Shown here: piece by piece, positions 47,325 through 60,700 of the stretch
How the letters are laid out: each line of letters begins with the position of its first letter
Numbering within the stretch: position 1 is the first letter of the stretch
Source of the DNA: Paraspadella gotoi
Lineage: Eukaryota; Animalia; Chaetognatha
NCBI GenBank assembly: GCA_051294375.1
Contig: CM119265.1
Coordinates: forward strand, 13,322,124-13,386,123
Direction of reading: 5' to 3'
DNA length: 64,000 nt
Translations under genes and position numbers: made by a program
Notes under the pieces: generated by a model
What the model saw: only the letters and a program-made list of their open reading frames with translations
Told to the model about the DNA's origin: nothing
Databases searched by the model: none

Positions 47325-47506
47325 TGTGGCGAATCCCGTATAGCTTGGACCTTGGGGAAACTCAGATCGTCCCATTGGCTTGAACAGCTAAGTGCTCGTT
47401 CACCAACCTCACGGTCACGCCAGTGACGTGGGGTTGTCACTACAGGTCCAAAGCCCTGAGCGCCAGCTGTCGGGAGATGCATCACACATGTCCCCCCTTT
47501 GCCATA
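47325..47506 (+). mobile_element. Solo LTR of a diverged sister family (internally deleted) downstream of the zinc-finger stop codon
   Basis: Termini TGTGGC...GCCATA with 4-bp TSD ATGC (47321-47324 and 47507-47510). Retains the 3' half of the twister motif (CAC GC C AGTGAC...GTCACT A CAGG TCCAAAGC CCTG). Confidence 0.85.
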
Positions 47507-48326
47507 ATGCCATATTTTTGCTATGACACCCAACAATGTGTACATCAGTTATAACACCGGTTCAAACCGAATTCGGTATACTAGTAGTTGCCAGTTTTAT
47601 TCATTGCCATGTTTTTTAGCGGGTGAACAGGTATTTTCTTCCCAATTTTGTGGTAATTCGAATTTATTGTTATAATTTTTTTTTTTAATACGCGCTTACT
47701 ACGTCTACATCTTAAGCCGAAGGTCGTTGTTTAACTTTTATTTATCGTCTGTCTTGAAAGTTTTTTTTGTTCAATGAAAAAAACATTGTTTAATAAATAC
47801 ACATGATTCTTGTATTAACCCATCCAATGAATCATAGAGCTAGTGACAAACGTGCATAACAAGGCATCGCTATAACATTAATTTAAACTGAAAAAAAAAA
47901 AAACGCTGGAAAACATTCCGACAATGAACCTGGCAGAAAATGTTCAGGAAAGTTAGATGGCAACATGTGGAATGTTACTCAAGAGTCGAAACGGTCCTCA
48001 GGCTACTTCTACTTTGAAAATTACATCAAAAGAAGTTATCAACTGACGTAGATACAACTAAATGCTGCGAAACAAAATCATTAGATTTAAAAAAAAAAAG
48101 CGCCGGTGTAATGAATTAAATGAGGAAACAATGAAATGAGAGAGGCCGTCTTGTGAATTGCCTTGAGTGATACATTGAGCCTGACGGTTTCTTTGAGTGC
48201 TTCGGCGAATGATATCCAAATTGTGACTCAAACGCCAATGGAGCATCTTCCGTTGCTCGAACAAGAGCGAACGAGGCGCTCCGTATCGGCGAGAGAGTCA
48301 ACGGATCATCTTTAAGTACTCGTCGG

Positions 48327-49237
<911 letters not shown>

Positions 49238-51489
49238 TTAGTGGGATAGTTGATAGGATGATGGTCAGGAGACGAAAGTGGGGAGGAGAAAAAAAGAGGC
49301 CGAGACCTGAAGATGACGAAATTGAAGGATAAAATTTCAGTAATGCCATCAAAAATAATATTTATAATACGCTCACAGAAAGCTTAAAAGCTTTAATTCA
49401 AATAAATGTAAATGTAAATGTATTTTAGTACAAACTTCGTATTTTATCTCAATTAATGGTGATTTGTCATGATAACGCAACCTAGTAACAAATTACAACA
49501 TCAAATTTGAATTAGCCATTTACAAATGACTTACCGAGGTCTATTACATGTTATTTCATTTACGTCTAAGCCAACCAAATTTTGTTCCGTCTAAAATAGT
49601 AGTTTGGGCGACGTTTGTAAGACGCGCAAAAACTAAAAGTCCAGTTTTTACATTTTTTGAAGTAAAAATGTCTAGCAGTACAGTTAAAGGTAAGGGTAAT
49701 GGTGACAGACGCTACGATATTACGTGAGTTCGAAATTCAAGCCAAGTTTTATTGCGCAAAACTCTATAACAACCGTGACAATTTAAGTACAACGTAGAAC
49801 AAAGGAGTTGGGACGAATCTCTGAATAATCTTCATCATCATCATCATCATCTGTGAAGAAGAATCGTTACTCACTAACCAATAAGATCCAAGAATTTTTG
49901 ACAAGTTCGACTGACGAAGAGACGATTGGTCGAGGCAGAATGAATCGCGAAATAACAAAATTTATCGCGTCAGTATATTGAACACTGATGGTCGCCTTTA
50001 GATGGCGGGTTGAGCTGAACAAGGAAGAATATGAAAACAAAAGGGGCGACGGAGCAGCTGCACTCGGAAAGGAAGGCTTTTTAACAATTTTAAGAAGGAA
50101 GTAAGTAGATTATAAAACACCTGTAAATGTCCCTCGGCTTAATTCTTCAGGGACGCTACTAAGTTTTTAGACAACAGGCTCAGAAAATAAGATCAGGTTA
50201 AAAAAAAAATGGCAAACTCGCTTGGTCAATAAATACCAAATAGTTTCTACAGGGGATTTACAAAAAATACCGAAATAAAATCCAGTTCGGGCATTCAGTA
50301 ATAAACAAAGTTTCAAAACAAATAGACAAAGAGATACATAGAGTGGGAGATCGAGAGGAAGATCGTCGACCCCTTACTAGTCGCTTACATTTTCTTTGTC
50401 GTGGTTGTCGTCGTCGTCGTCATCGTCCTCAGGAACCTCATGAATATCGTCGCGACGTCTTGATCGTCGTCTCGATTAACCTTGTCGACTTCGATATCGT
50501 TTCCGTCGTCGTCGTCGTCTTCGTCGTCGTCGTCTTCCCCAAATTCGTCCCCGATCGATCCCTCCTTTGCGCTCCCCAGCCTCCTTTACTCACCCGCCAC
50601 GAAAATTGGCCGCGTCGTCAATCGCCCCGTTTATTTATAGTTCCACTCCCCGTCTCAACTTATTTTTTTCAATCTTGTTAAAAGAAGAAAATATCTCAGA
50701 ATTTGTTTTTCTCTTCAAATTTGTTTCCCTTTCCTGATCTTTATCTCTTTTCTCTCGACATCCTCATTACGCGTCCTATTTTTCGAGTCTCGCACTATCT
50801 TGTACCAATTGTGCTACTAATTTTTTAAAACATGACGCAACGAAAACATTAGCTCATTTCTTCATTAGCTGAGTACCAAAGAAAACTTTGTTCTACATCT
50901 AGAGGAAAAAAGATTTTGCATATAATAATCAAGGCACAAATTTTAGTCAGAGTTCTTTTAAATTGAAATGATTCAAAAAGTCTTGATTAGTTTATTTACA
51001 TTGAAATTTATATTAATATGTTTATCTAAAAGAAGTTAAAATCAATTTTTTTCCTGATTTGTTTGGTAGATTTTTTAAAGAAAGGCTGGTAATTATTCGT
51101 CCATTCCGTGTGGACGAGCAGCACGAATCCCCTTAAGGTGTTGTTTTCTCAGAGGCGAAACAACATGAATGATTTTAGAACGATGAACGTAATTTACCTC
51201 AAAAGATCGAGTGACGAACAGCCATATTTTGTTTTGATTTCTTTAAAACGCTGATTGCCCCTGTGGTTTGAGCAATATTCAATTTGTATATGCAAAGTTT
51301 TAAAAAATAATTTAAATCGAAAAAGTAAAATTAAACCTAAATTATTTTTTTCAAAGCAAATTTTTTTCAACATGAACTATCTACAGAATAATTTTGGAAT
51401 ACCCTAATTTATCAAATTTAACACTAAATAATATTCACAACATTACCAGTCTAATCAGATGTAACAATAACGTTTATTTACTAAATACG

Positions 51490-52349
51490 ATGAACGCGGC
51501 ATCGAACTTCCACGACTTAAGAAACATCCCTCAAACAAACATCGAGAACAAGGATGTAACCAAGCCCTCCTCAACCGTCGGTGACTCCGACGAATCACGT
51601 TTCGACTTCCTTTTAGACTTTGCCGAATTTACCAGCGACGCCGATGTCCACCTCTCTGGCGTTTCCCCGCTTCCAAACTTCGAGGGTCGAATCTCCGCTC
51701 ATCCGCCGCAGACGAAACCTTACTTCTGTCAAGGACCGATCGGAAAAAACGTGAGCCTTTCGGGAAACGATCGCATGAGCGCTGGAGAAAATAACGAGTC
51801 GACTGCGACGGAATTGAACGCCGTTTTTAACGGATCCTCGTCTTCGATTGAAAACGCCGTCTTTTCTCGCGATGACAGACAACATGTCTTTAATTCCATT
51901 TCGCCATCGCCAAAACTTCGTTCGACGCAAATCGGAGACCAGTTTTCAAATCGTTTGAATAATGAGTCGGTGGGCGTTGCTTGCTTCCGTCACGCTCCAG
52001 TCCTAGTCAAATGCCCCTATTGTGAGATGGTAGGAACCACGTTGTGCTTAAGCGAGAGCGGAACGTTAACTTGGCTAGTGTCGGGAACTTTGTGCGTGTT
52101 GGGGTGAGGAAAAAAAAAATTCTGAAAGTCTGCATTAGCCTTTTTTTAAACATATTTAAAATGTTTGTGTTAATTTACGCAACAGTTGAAATATCAACAC
52201 AATATGAATTCATATAATTTTTTTTGGTATATTTGATCCAGGTTGTGGGTGGGCTGCTGCTTCATTCCTTTTGCGTGGACTCCCTGAAAGATACTCTTCA
52301 TTACTGCTCTAAGTGTAAAAAACTTATTAGCAAATGTGAACGAATGTAG
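51490..52349 (+). CDS. LITAF-domain protein 1 (long divergent N-terminus)
   Basis: Exons 51490-52103 and 52242-52349: PVLVKCPYC...GTLTWLVSGTLCVLGLWVGCCFIPF(C)VDSLKDTLHYCSKC. One T is missing at about 52270; the duplicate copy at about 63200 has the extra T. Confidence 0.85.
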
Positions 52350-52695
52350 AAAGACACCTTTTTTTTCAGACTGACTATTTCACTTTTTGAATTCTTTTAT
52401 ACAGTATACACTGTGCTCATTTGTTTTATTTCAAAGTTTTCATCTGACTGATTCTCGGATCGAGAGCCAGCGGCTGCACGAAATCACATGCTCCTTTAAT
52501 CACCTGACGCTGTAGTTGTTGCTAAGAATACCAGTTTGACGTCAATCGCCCAAAGTTTTCTGCGTTTTCTTGATTTATTTTAACTTTTTTACCGTTTCTT
52601 CGCATAGGTTACATTAAAAAGTAACTAAAAACAGATTTAGAATTTTGTTCCGCGCTTCTATAAGCAATAAGAAACATCTCAACAACGCCGCCGCA

Positions 52696-53347
52696 ATGAC
52701 GACCGCTCCTCCGCCGTCTTACGCCTCCTCTGAGGGGAATGCTTATCCGGGTCCGCCTGGCACCAACGCTTACCCTATGGCCTACCCACCGGCCCCCGGG
52801 ATGGGAGGTCCTCCCTCGTACGATTCGAAACAAAGTTGGCAAATGCCGCCGCCTCCGCCGCCTGGTCACTTTCAGCCTGCTCCAGGAGCGCAAGGTGACA
52901 TTAACATTTTTATTGTAAATGTCTATTTTCTCGGATTGTGATCGTTCAAATACGCTTCTTCTTCAATAGGTGGCGTGACTGTGGTCGTGGCGAATCAGGG
53001 TATTCATAGTTTCCGTCCAGTCATCACCACTTGTCCTTTTTGCCGCCAGCAAATCACCACGGTTGTCGAATACGACACTGGCGGACTTACCTGGCTGGCG
53101 TGCGGCGGTCTCGCCATCATGGGGTGAGGAAAGAGGAACCTTTATTTCTGTGAAAATTTACCGAGAAACGTTAACATCTATAGTTTCGGCCTTTAAGTAT
53201 AAAAACTAAAGCTAATGATTGCTACGTTATGTCAACAGTTGTTGGCTAGGTTGCTGCCTGATTCCATTTTGCTTGGACGAATGCAAAGACGCGTCTCACA
53301 GTTGCCCTAGTTGCAAAAGCGTCATCACCAGAAATTCGAGGCTGTGA
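52696..53347 (+). CDS. LITAF/CDIP1-family protein 2
   Basis: Exons 52696-52894, 52970-53123 and 53239-53347. Two PPSY motifs, then PVITTCPFCRQQITTVVEYDTGGLTWLACGGLAIMGCWLGCCLIPFCLDECKDASHSCPSC. Confidence 0.93.
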
Positions 53348-54779
53348 ACTTGAAACGAAGATAAACGCCGCTCTTGTACAATACATACTTTTTTGCATTA
53401 TGCATTCCTCGTCGTACTTCGAACAATTTAACTAAAAGTAAACGTTGAGAAATTTCTCCAGTGTTTTATCCAAGTTTTTATGCTTTTTAATTGGGGTCAA
53501 ATTGATTTATAATTTTGTGCTTTTTTAACGTTTTTATCGCTTAATAAAATACTCTGTCTGAAATACATAATTTACTTCTATTTTGTGCTCTCTTTTCTGA
53601 GAGTGCCTCATTTATGTTCTTTCATCCAAGAATTTAATTTTAACCTCAATAATAAAGTAGTTACAAATTATAAATTTAACTTTAATTAAAATTCTAAAAA
53701 TGTGACGAACTAACAACCTTATACTATTGAACATTTCTGTATAAAAAAAAATATTATTAAATTTTACAATTTACGCAGTTGCCATATTTAATTATTTATA
53801 CATAGTACTAATCCAATAAATGTTAAAAATTTAAATAGTTTTTGTAAGATTTTTTTGCAGATTCGGATGAGTCATGAAGTTTTATAAAGAAAATTAACTC
53901 TTTTTAAAAATTATTTTATCAAGTTCGTCAAATATCAGGAAAAACCTATATATTAAGCTGAAAATTAAAATTTTATATGTTAAATATAGTTTTGTTAATT
54001 TTTCGTGAAAGCTCCAAGGCTACTATAAACATATGCAGTGTTTATAGTAATATGACCCGTTTTATCGATTACTATTTTAAAGTAAATATTCCAGAACTTC
54101 AAATCTCGCCGCAGCATTGTCATTATCACCACCACTGAGCAAAAGGCTGCTGCTGCTGCGCTGCTGGAATTTTGACATGCGACAACCACGTCTTGCTTTT
54201 GACGAATAATTGTGTGAAATTATTCTTGTTGCCATTCCGTCGGGTATCGTATGTAACTACTAAAAAAAAACTACCAAAAAAAAACTACCAAAAAAAACTA
54301 CTAAAAAGTAAAAAAAAAAAGTGATAAATCCCTCACTTCTCTTTTTCCGAATTCTAATGATTAAATTTCGGTAATAGAAAACCAGAAAAATGTTTCACTT
54401 TTTTGCCCGCCATAATTTGTTAACTTTGATTTTTAAAAAAATATTTAACAAAAACAAAAAACAACGTACAAAAATAATGGAAAAAATTAAAAACGAAGGA
54501 GTAAGAAATTAATGAAGAGATTGTCTTCAACTATATAAGTATATATTTATTTACATGCCTTACCAAGGAAATCAAACTATGACTATGACTATGCATCGTA
54601 GAATGTTTTTTTAAGTTATTACTAATGACTTCATCTTTATAATTTTCCATTCGAATTGAATTTCAATGCAGTTTGAAATCCGGTTTTCGAAATCTTTCCG
54701 AGTTAAACCCGCTCGTGTAGTGGTTTACAGTCGGCAGCAGCATAGCCCGGGGAANNNNNNNNNNNNNNNNNNNNNNNNN

Positions 54780-57700
54780 AAAGAGAGAGATAAATGTACT
54801 AGTGACCAATGCAAATTGCTTTTTAATTGAGATAACAATAACAAAAACTATCTTCAACCCGACCAACCCAATGGAACTCTTGAAAGACAGTCCTCGGCAC
54901 GTGATGTCTCTGATCAGCCTCCGTGACGTTCGCGGGTTACAACAAAAAAATCGTCGCGGAGATTCGTGTTCGATCGTCGAATTCGGGGATTCGAGGAGTC
55001 CCGCGGAGGAAAAGAGGAGGGGGAGGTGCGGAAGAAAAGGGGAGAAGGAAGAGTAAGAAGGAAAAAGAAAATGTTACCCGAGAGAGAAGTCCCGTCAGAA
55101 GAAAGAGACCAGAAATACTCGTTCGCCGCAGAGATCTCCTACGCGGCATTTCTCCGAGCCTGCCCTCTCAATCAGCATTCCTCAGACATACCATCCCAAT
55201 CAAAATGCCCTTCCACAATCGCTCCCCTTCGTCAAAAAGAATCCTTCTACTAACCAGACACTCCACCCCTGAGTCACACCGGCTCGTTCGGAGGCCAGCT
55301 GTCCGGCGGCGACCGAGGAGCGGAAAGAAGCGGCATTCTCCTCGACATCCCGCGCCTTAACCCGCCGCAGCATCCGTGAAGGGCATTGCTGAGGGCAGGC
55401 TTTCCTCAGTTTCACCAGGAGTGGTAAGAGGGGGCGGGTGAGCCGGGTCGATCCTCCGAGTTGCAGTGGCCAGAGTAGAGTTTTGGTCCCTGAGTTCTGT
55501 CCCGGGAGCGAGACCGACTCCGCTTTGGGAATCTAAAGCTCGACGGGAAAAGATCTTCAGCCAGCGTCGCCGCGCGGCGCCCCCCGCCGCGCGAACCAAT
55601 TTCCAGCGCCGGCATCGTCTGATTCTCTGGAAGGCCGCCGCCGTTATCTCGTGTGCCTTTGGCTCAGCGGTTACCGCGCGCCGCCCGCAGCCCTCGTCCC
55701 CGTCGATCCCATGCCTTCCATGCCTTCACCGATCCCTCCAAACTCTTCGTCTCCCGAGATACGTTTCTTTCTATTCCGGCCGGCGATATTTCCTCTGGTT
55801 CCATCCTTGGCACAGCCTCCATGCCTCTCTCCGGCTTCTTTGCCATCAGCCGGCGTCCATGCCTTCACCCCGTTCCGTTCATCTTCCGGGTCTCCGCCAC
55901 CATGTTTGGAGACACAACAACTCCTCGCGACGCTCTTCTTCAACCAAGGGCGGATCATCGCTCTCTCCTCCTCCTCTTCATCCTCAATTCCTTCTCCCGC
56001 CGCCGATGAGGGGGATCCTCCACACTTTCCTCACTGAAAGAAGGCATTGACCGAAGGCGCCTTCGCCAACCGTTCGCCTCCGAGACCGAGGACTCGTTTT
56101 CCCGGCGTCGTCAAGTCTTTCCAATCTTCCGGCAGTGAAAGGAAATGCCGGAAAAACTCGGCCTCCGTCGTCAACGAAGGTCACAGGGAAAGGGTGAGTC
56201 TTACGGCGAGTTGTCAAAATTTCCTATTTGATATTTAATATTATTTTCTATTTAATATTTTTTTGCTTTTGGGGCAGTTACGAAAACGCGTCCTCACCTA
56301 CCGTTTCGGAAAAAACGGCATAAAAAGAAAAGGTTCTGGCGAAAAGGTCATTTACGAAACTTTCGCCCGCCGGAAACTGTTCCTGCCCACGTAACGTGGC
56401 GTTTCCGGAAAAAAAGGCCAAGACGGGCGACCATAGTCTCGCTGGATGCTTTCGCCGGACAAGGTGGGTCCCGGCGGCGTTGCTGTCCACCTAACCCGAT
56501 CCTGCCTCAAGTTGTGCCCAGAATGTGAAAAAGTCTTCACGGGTCACAAAACACGACTCAAGCAGGCACATCCTCGTGCAACAGAGGAGTCACTCAACCC
56601 TGGAAGTGCGAAGAGTGCGGAAGCATTTTCACGCTAAAAGGTAAAGATACAGCTTTCCCCTACTTTCATAGAGATTTGAAAATTTGTAAAATTATTTGCG
56701 ATCTCAAAACTCAGGCCAGTCTCAACGTCCACCGCAAGATTCACAGCGGGAAGACAAAGAGAGTTCCAAATCGTGACGTCCCTGTTCCAAGACTTTCGTG
56801 CAGAAAAGTGGGAATTGCAAGAATCACATGCGAACCCACACACAAGATCAAACGCCTATCAAATGTGGGGTCTGTGCGCAGAAAGTTTACGGCCAAAAAC
56901 ACAGCCTCAATGCAACTCACCTTCGTTTACAGACTGGAGAGAAGGTAAGGTCGTGAGGTGGAATTTCATCTCATTCCAAGTGGAAGATTGGATTCTAATC
57001 AAAGAAACCTTTCCTCCTCCACCCTATTAACCTGCTCGCGCCTGCAACAAGACTTCACGTTCAAAAACTCGTAACAGATGGCAATCTTTTGAAATTCCAT
57101 CGCCATAACGATTTTGAAAGAAGGCGGACATCGATCGACTGGCTGGACGACCCGGTTCTGAGCCTGCAAACCAGGTGGCGATGCAAGGGTCGAAAGGAAG
57201 GACTAGCCCTCGTCGCAAGGTCGACGCGCCGGATCATCCTGCCAGCGAAGGTCCGGAGCGCCGCCGCTTCCGCCAAAAGGTTCGACCTTCGTCTTTCCAA
57301 AGCATCCGAAAGGCTCTGATCAAAGAGGAAGGGGGGACTCACAATTGTAGAAGAGGAAGGCGGTCCGTCCAGTAGCCAAGTTGAAGGAATGCTGCTGACA
57401 GCTGAAAATCCGTGACAAACAAAAACCCCATAATTCCCCGCTTCAAGGCGAAGTATTAGAAATAAAAAACCTCATGATTTTGTATAATTGTAGTCTTTTC
57501 TAATTTGGACTTATACATTTGCATCGGCGAGTCCAGTGGGGCTTGTTTCTCATCATGTTTATTAGTATGCAGTGGCGAAATCCTAAATTCACCTCCGCGA
57601 TAGCTTGGACTTAGTGAAACTCACGATACGTCCCGCATTGGCTTGGACAGCTTAAGTACTCGTTCACCACCGTGAGTTCCGGGTTCATCTCTTGCGCTCA

Positions 57701-60700
57701 AAGGTCAACGCTGTTAAAAGTGTGATGGTGTCGGCCATAAACACGCCAGTTGACTTGGGGTTGTCACTACAGTCCAAAGCCCTGACGCCAAGCTGTCGGG
57801 AGCCTGCATCACACCAGTCCTTTGCCAATAATGCCATAATTTTTGCTATGACACCCCAACAATGTGTACTCAGTTATAACCAACCGGTTTCAAACCGATT
57901 CGGTATACTAGTAAGTTGCCAAGTTTTTATTCATTGCCAATGTTTTTTAAGCGGTGAACCAGGTATTTTTCCTTCCAATTTGTGGTAATTCGAATTTATT
58001 GTTTAATTTTTTTTTTAAAATAAGCGACTTACTACGTCCTAACATCTTAAGCCGAAGGTCGTTGTTTAACTTTTATTTATCGTCTGTCTGAAAAAAGTTT
58101 TTTTTTGTTCAACTGAAAAAAAAAACATGTTTTAATAAAATACACACATGATCTTGTATTAACCCATCCAATATGACATCACTAGAGCTAGTGACAAACG
58201 TGCATAACAAGGCATGCGCTAATAAACATTATTTAAACTGAAAAAAAAAAAAAAAAAACGCTGGACACAATCGACAATGAACCTGGCACAGAAAATGTTC
58301 ACGGAAAGTAGATGGCAAAATGTGGAACATGTTACTTCAAGAGTCGAAACGGGTACTCAGGCTACTTCTTTACTTTGAAAATTACACATCAAAAGAAGTT
58401 AATCACTGACGTAAGATACAACTAACATGCTGCGATAACAAAATCATTAAGCTTTAAAAAAAAAAAGCGCCGATGTAATGATTAAAATGAGGAAACAATT
58501 GAAATGAGAGAGGCCCGTCTTGTGAAATTGCCTTGAGTCGACACATTGAGCCTGACGGTTTCTTTGAGTGCTTCGGCGAATGATATGCCAAATTGTGACT
58601 CAAAACGCCAATGGAGGCATCTTTCCGTTGCTCGAACAAAGAGGCGACGAGGCGCTCCTATCGGCGAGAAGAGTCAACGGATGGATCTTTAAGTACTCGT
58701 CCGGGTCAACGCGAACGTTTCTTGCGCCGCGTAGACCAGTAGAGGTAACCATAGTCGTCGACCTCGTTGTCGTAGACCTCCGGCCAAGCTCGTCGGAGTT
58801 GGACACGCAATTGCTCTGGTCGTCTGACGAGGAGAAAAACCGCCTGAAGGTGGGAAGATGAGCGGTTTTGTTTATGAGGAAGCAAGTGAATGAAGGGAAG
58901 AGAGTGAGTAACGTAAAGATAAATAATATCAAAGGTAATTTGTTTGATTGATATAGTGTGAAATTAATGTTTAGCGCTTGACATTCAAATTGCTTATTTG
59001 TATTAGTTTAAAAGCTTAAAAAAGTTTAATTTTTCGCGGTTAAATAAAAAAAATATTTCAAAACTGAAAAAGATAGGAAAACAAAGTTAGAATTAATAAC
59101 AAAATATAAAAACACTTACTTGGTTAGGGGTGAAGCTCCAGCCGGCGTCGAATAATTTTTCACAAGTTCGCTCAACGTTTAAAGTTATCTGAGAAAAAAT
59201 TAAACATGTTTGTTTTCGATTTACAAATATTGATGTGATAGCGTGACTTAAATGCATGGATCTGTTTTAATTTATTCCGTGATTCATTGATTTTTTTTAA
59301 ATCGATTAGACTTTTGGATTGCTTGATTGATAAAAATCACTTATTCGATGGGATTGATGCGATCGATTGACAGGTCTCCCGAAATTAAAGTGTGATGAAA
59401 TCGAGCAAAAGATGGATTTGCACCCATTCCTTTCTCCCCCACTCACACGGGCACCAAAAACTTGGTCTTACCAAAAATGGGGCAATTGATTCTCGGCCCA
59501 CGAAGTTTTCGTATCGATGGAATGACGGGGATTTTGTCAAAGGCATAGAGGTGGCGGAATATCCTCCCACGTCCGCGCGACGCGTCTTCGAAAGCTGCGT
59601 CGACTGCTTTGAAGACTTCTTCGGGCACAAGCGCCATCTCAGATGGAGAAGTTCGTCCGCGGGCGTGACAGGGGGCGGGCTTAAGTGGAATAGTTGATAG
59701 GGTGATGTTCAGGAACGAAAAGTGGGAGAAAGAAAAAAAGAAGCCGAGAACCCTGAAAGAAGACGAAATTGAAGGAATAAAAATTTCAGTAATGCCCTCA
59801 AAAAATAATATTTATAATACGCCTCACAGAAGCTTAAAAGCTTTAATCAAATAAACTGTAAAATGTATTTTGGTAACATAGCTTCGTATTTATCTTCAAT
59901 TAATGGTGATTTGGTCATGATAACCGCACCTAGTAACAAATACACACAATTTGAAATTAGCCATTATACAAATGACTTACCCGAGGTCCTATTACATGTT
60001 ATTTCATTTAACCGTCTAAGCCAATCAAATTTTTGTTACCGTCTAAAATACGTAGTTTGGGCTACGTTTGTAAGACCGCAAAAACATAAAAAGCTCCAGT
60101 TTTTAACATTTTTTGAAGTAAAAATGTCTAGCAGTAAAGCAGTTTTAAAGGTAAGGGTTAAATGGTGACAGAACGCTAACGAATATACGGTGGTTTGAAA
60201 TTCAGCCTAAAGTTTTCTTTGCGCAAGACATCTATAACAACCGTGGACACATTTTAATACAACGTAGAACAAAAGGAGTTTGGGAACGATCTCTGAATAA
60301 TATCTTCATCATCATGCATCATCTGTGAAGAAAAATCGTTACTCACTAACCAATAAGATCCAAGAATTTTTGACAAGGTTCGACTGGACGAAGAGACGAT
60401 TGGTCGAGGCAGAAATGAATCCGGCGAAATAACAAAATTTATCGCGTCAGTATATTGAACATCTATGGTCGCCTTTTAGATGGCGGGTTGAGCCTGAACA
60501 AGGAAGAATATGAAAACAAACAAGGGGCGACGGAGCAGCTGCACTAGGAAAGATAGGCTTTTTAAAAAAATTTTAAGCAAGGAAGTAAATAGATTATAAA
60601 ATGTCCCTCGCTCCAATTTTTCTAAGGGACGCTAATAAGTTTTTAAGACAAACAAGGCTGCAGAAAAATAAGAATCAGGTTTAAAAAAAAAATGGCAAAC

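Noticed and set aside
47975-48002. actcaagagtcgaaacggtc resembling a hammerhead 3' half
   Set aside because: No upstream CTGANGA core.
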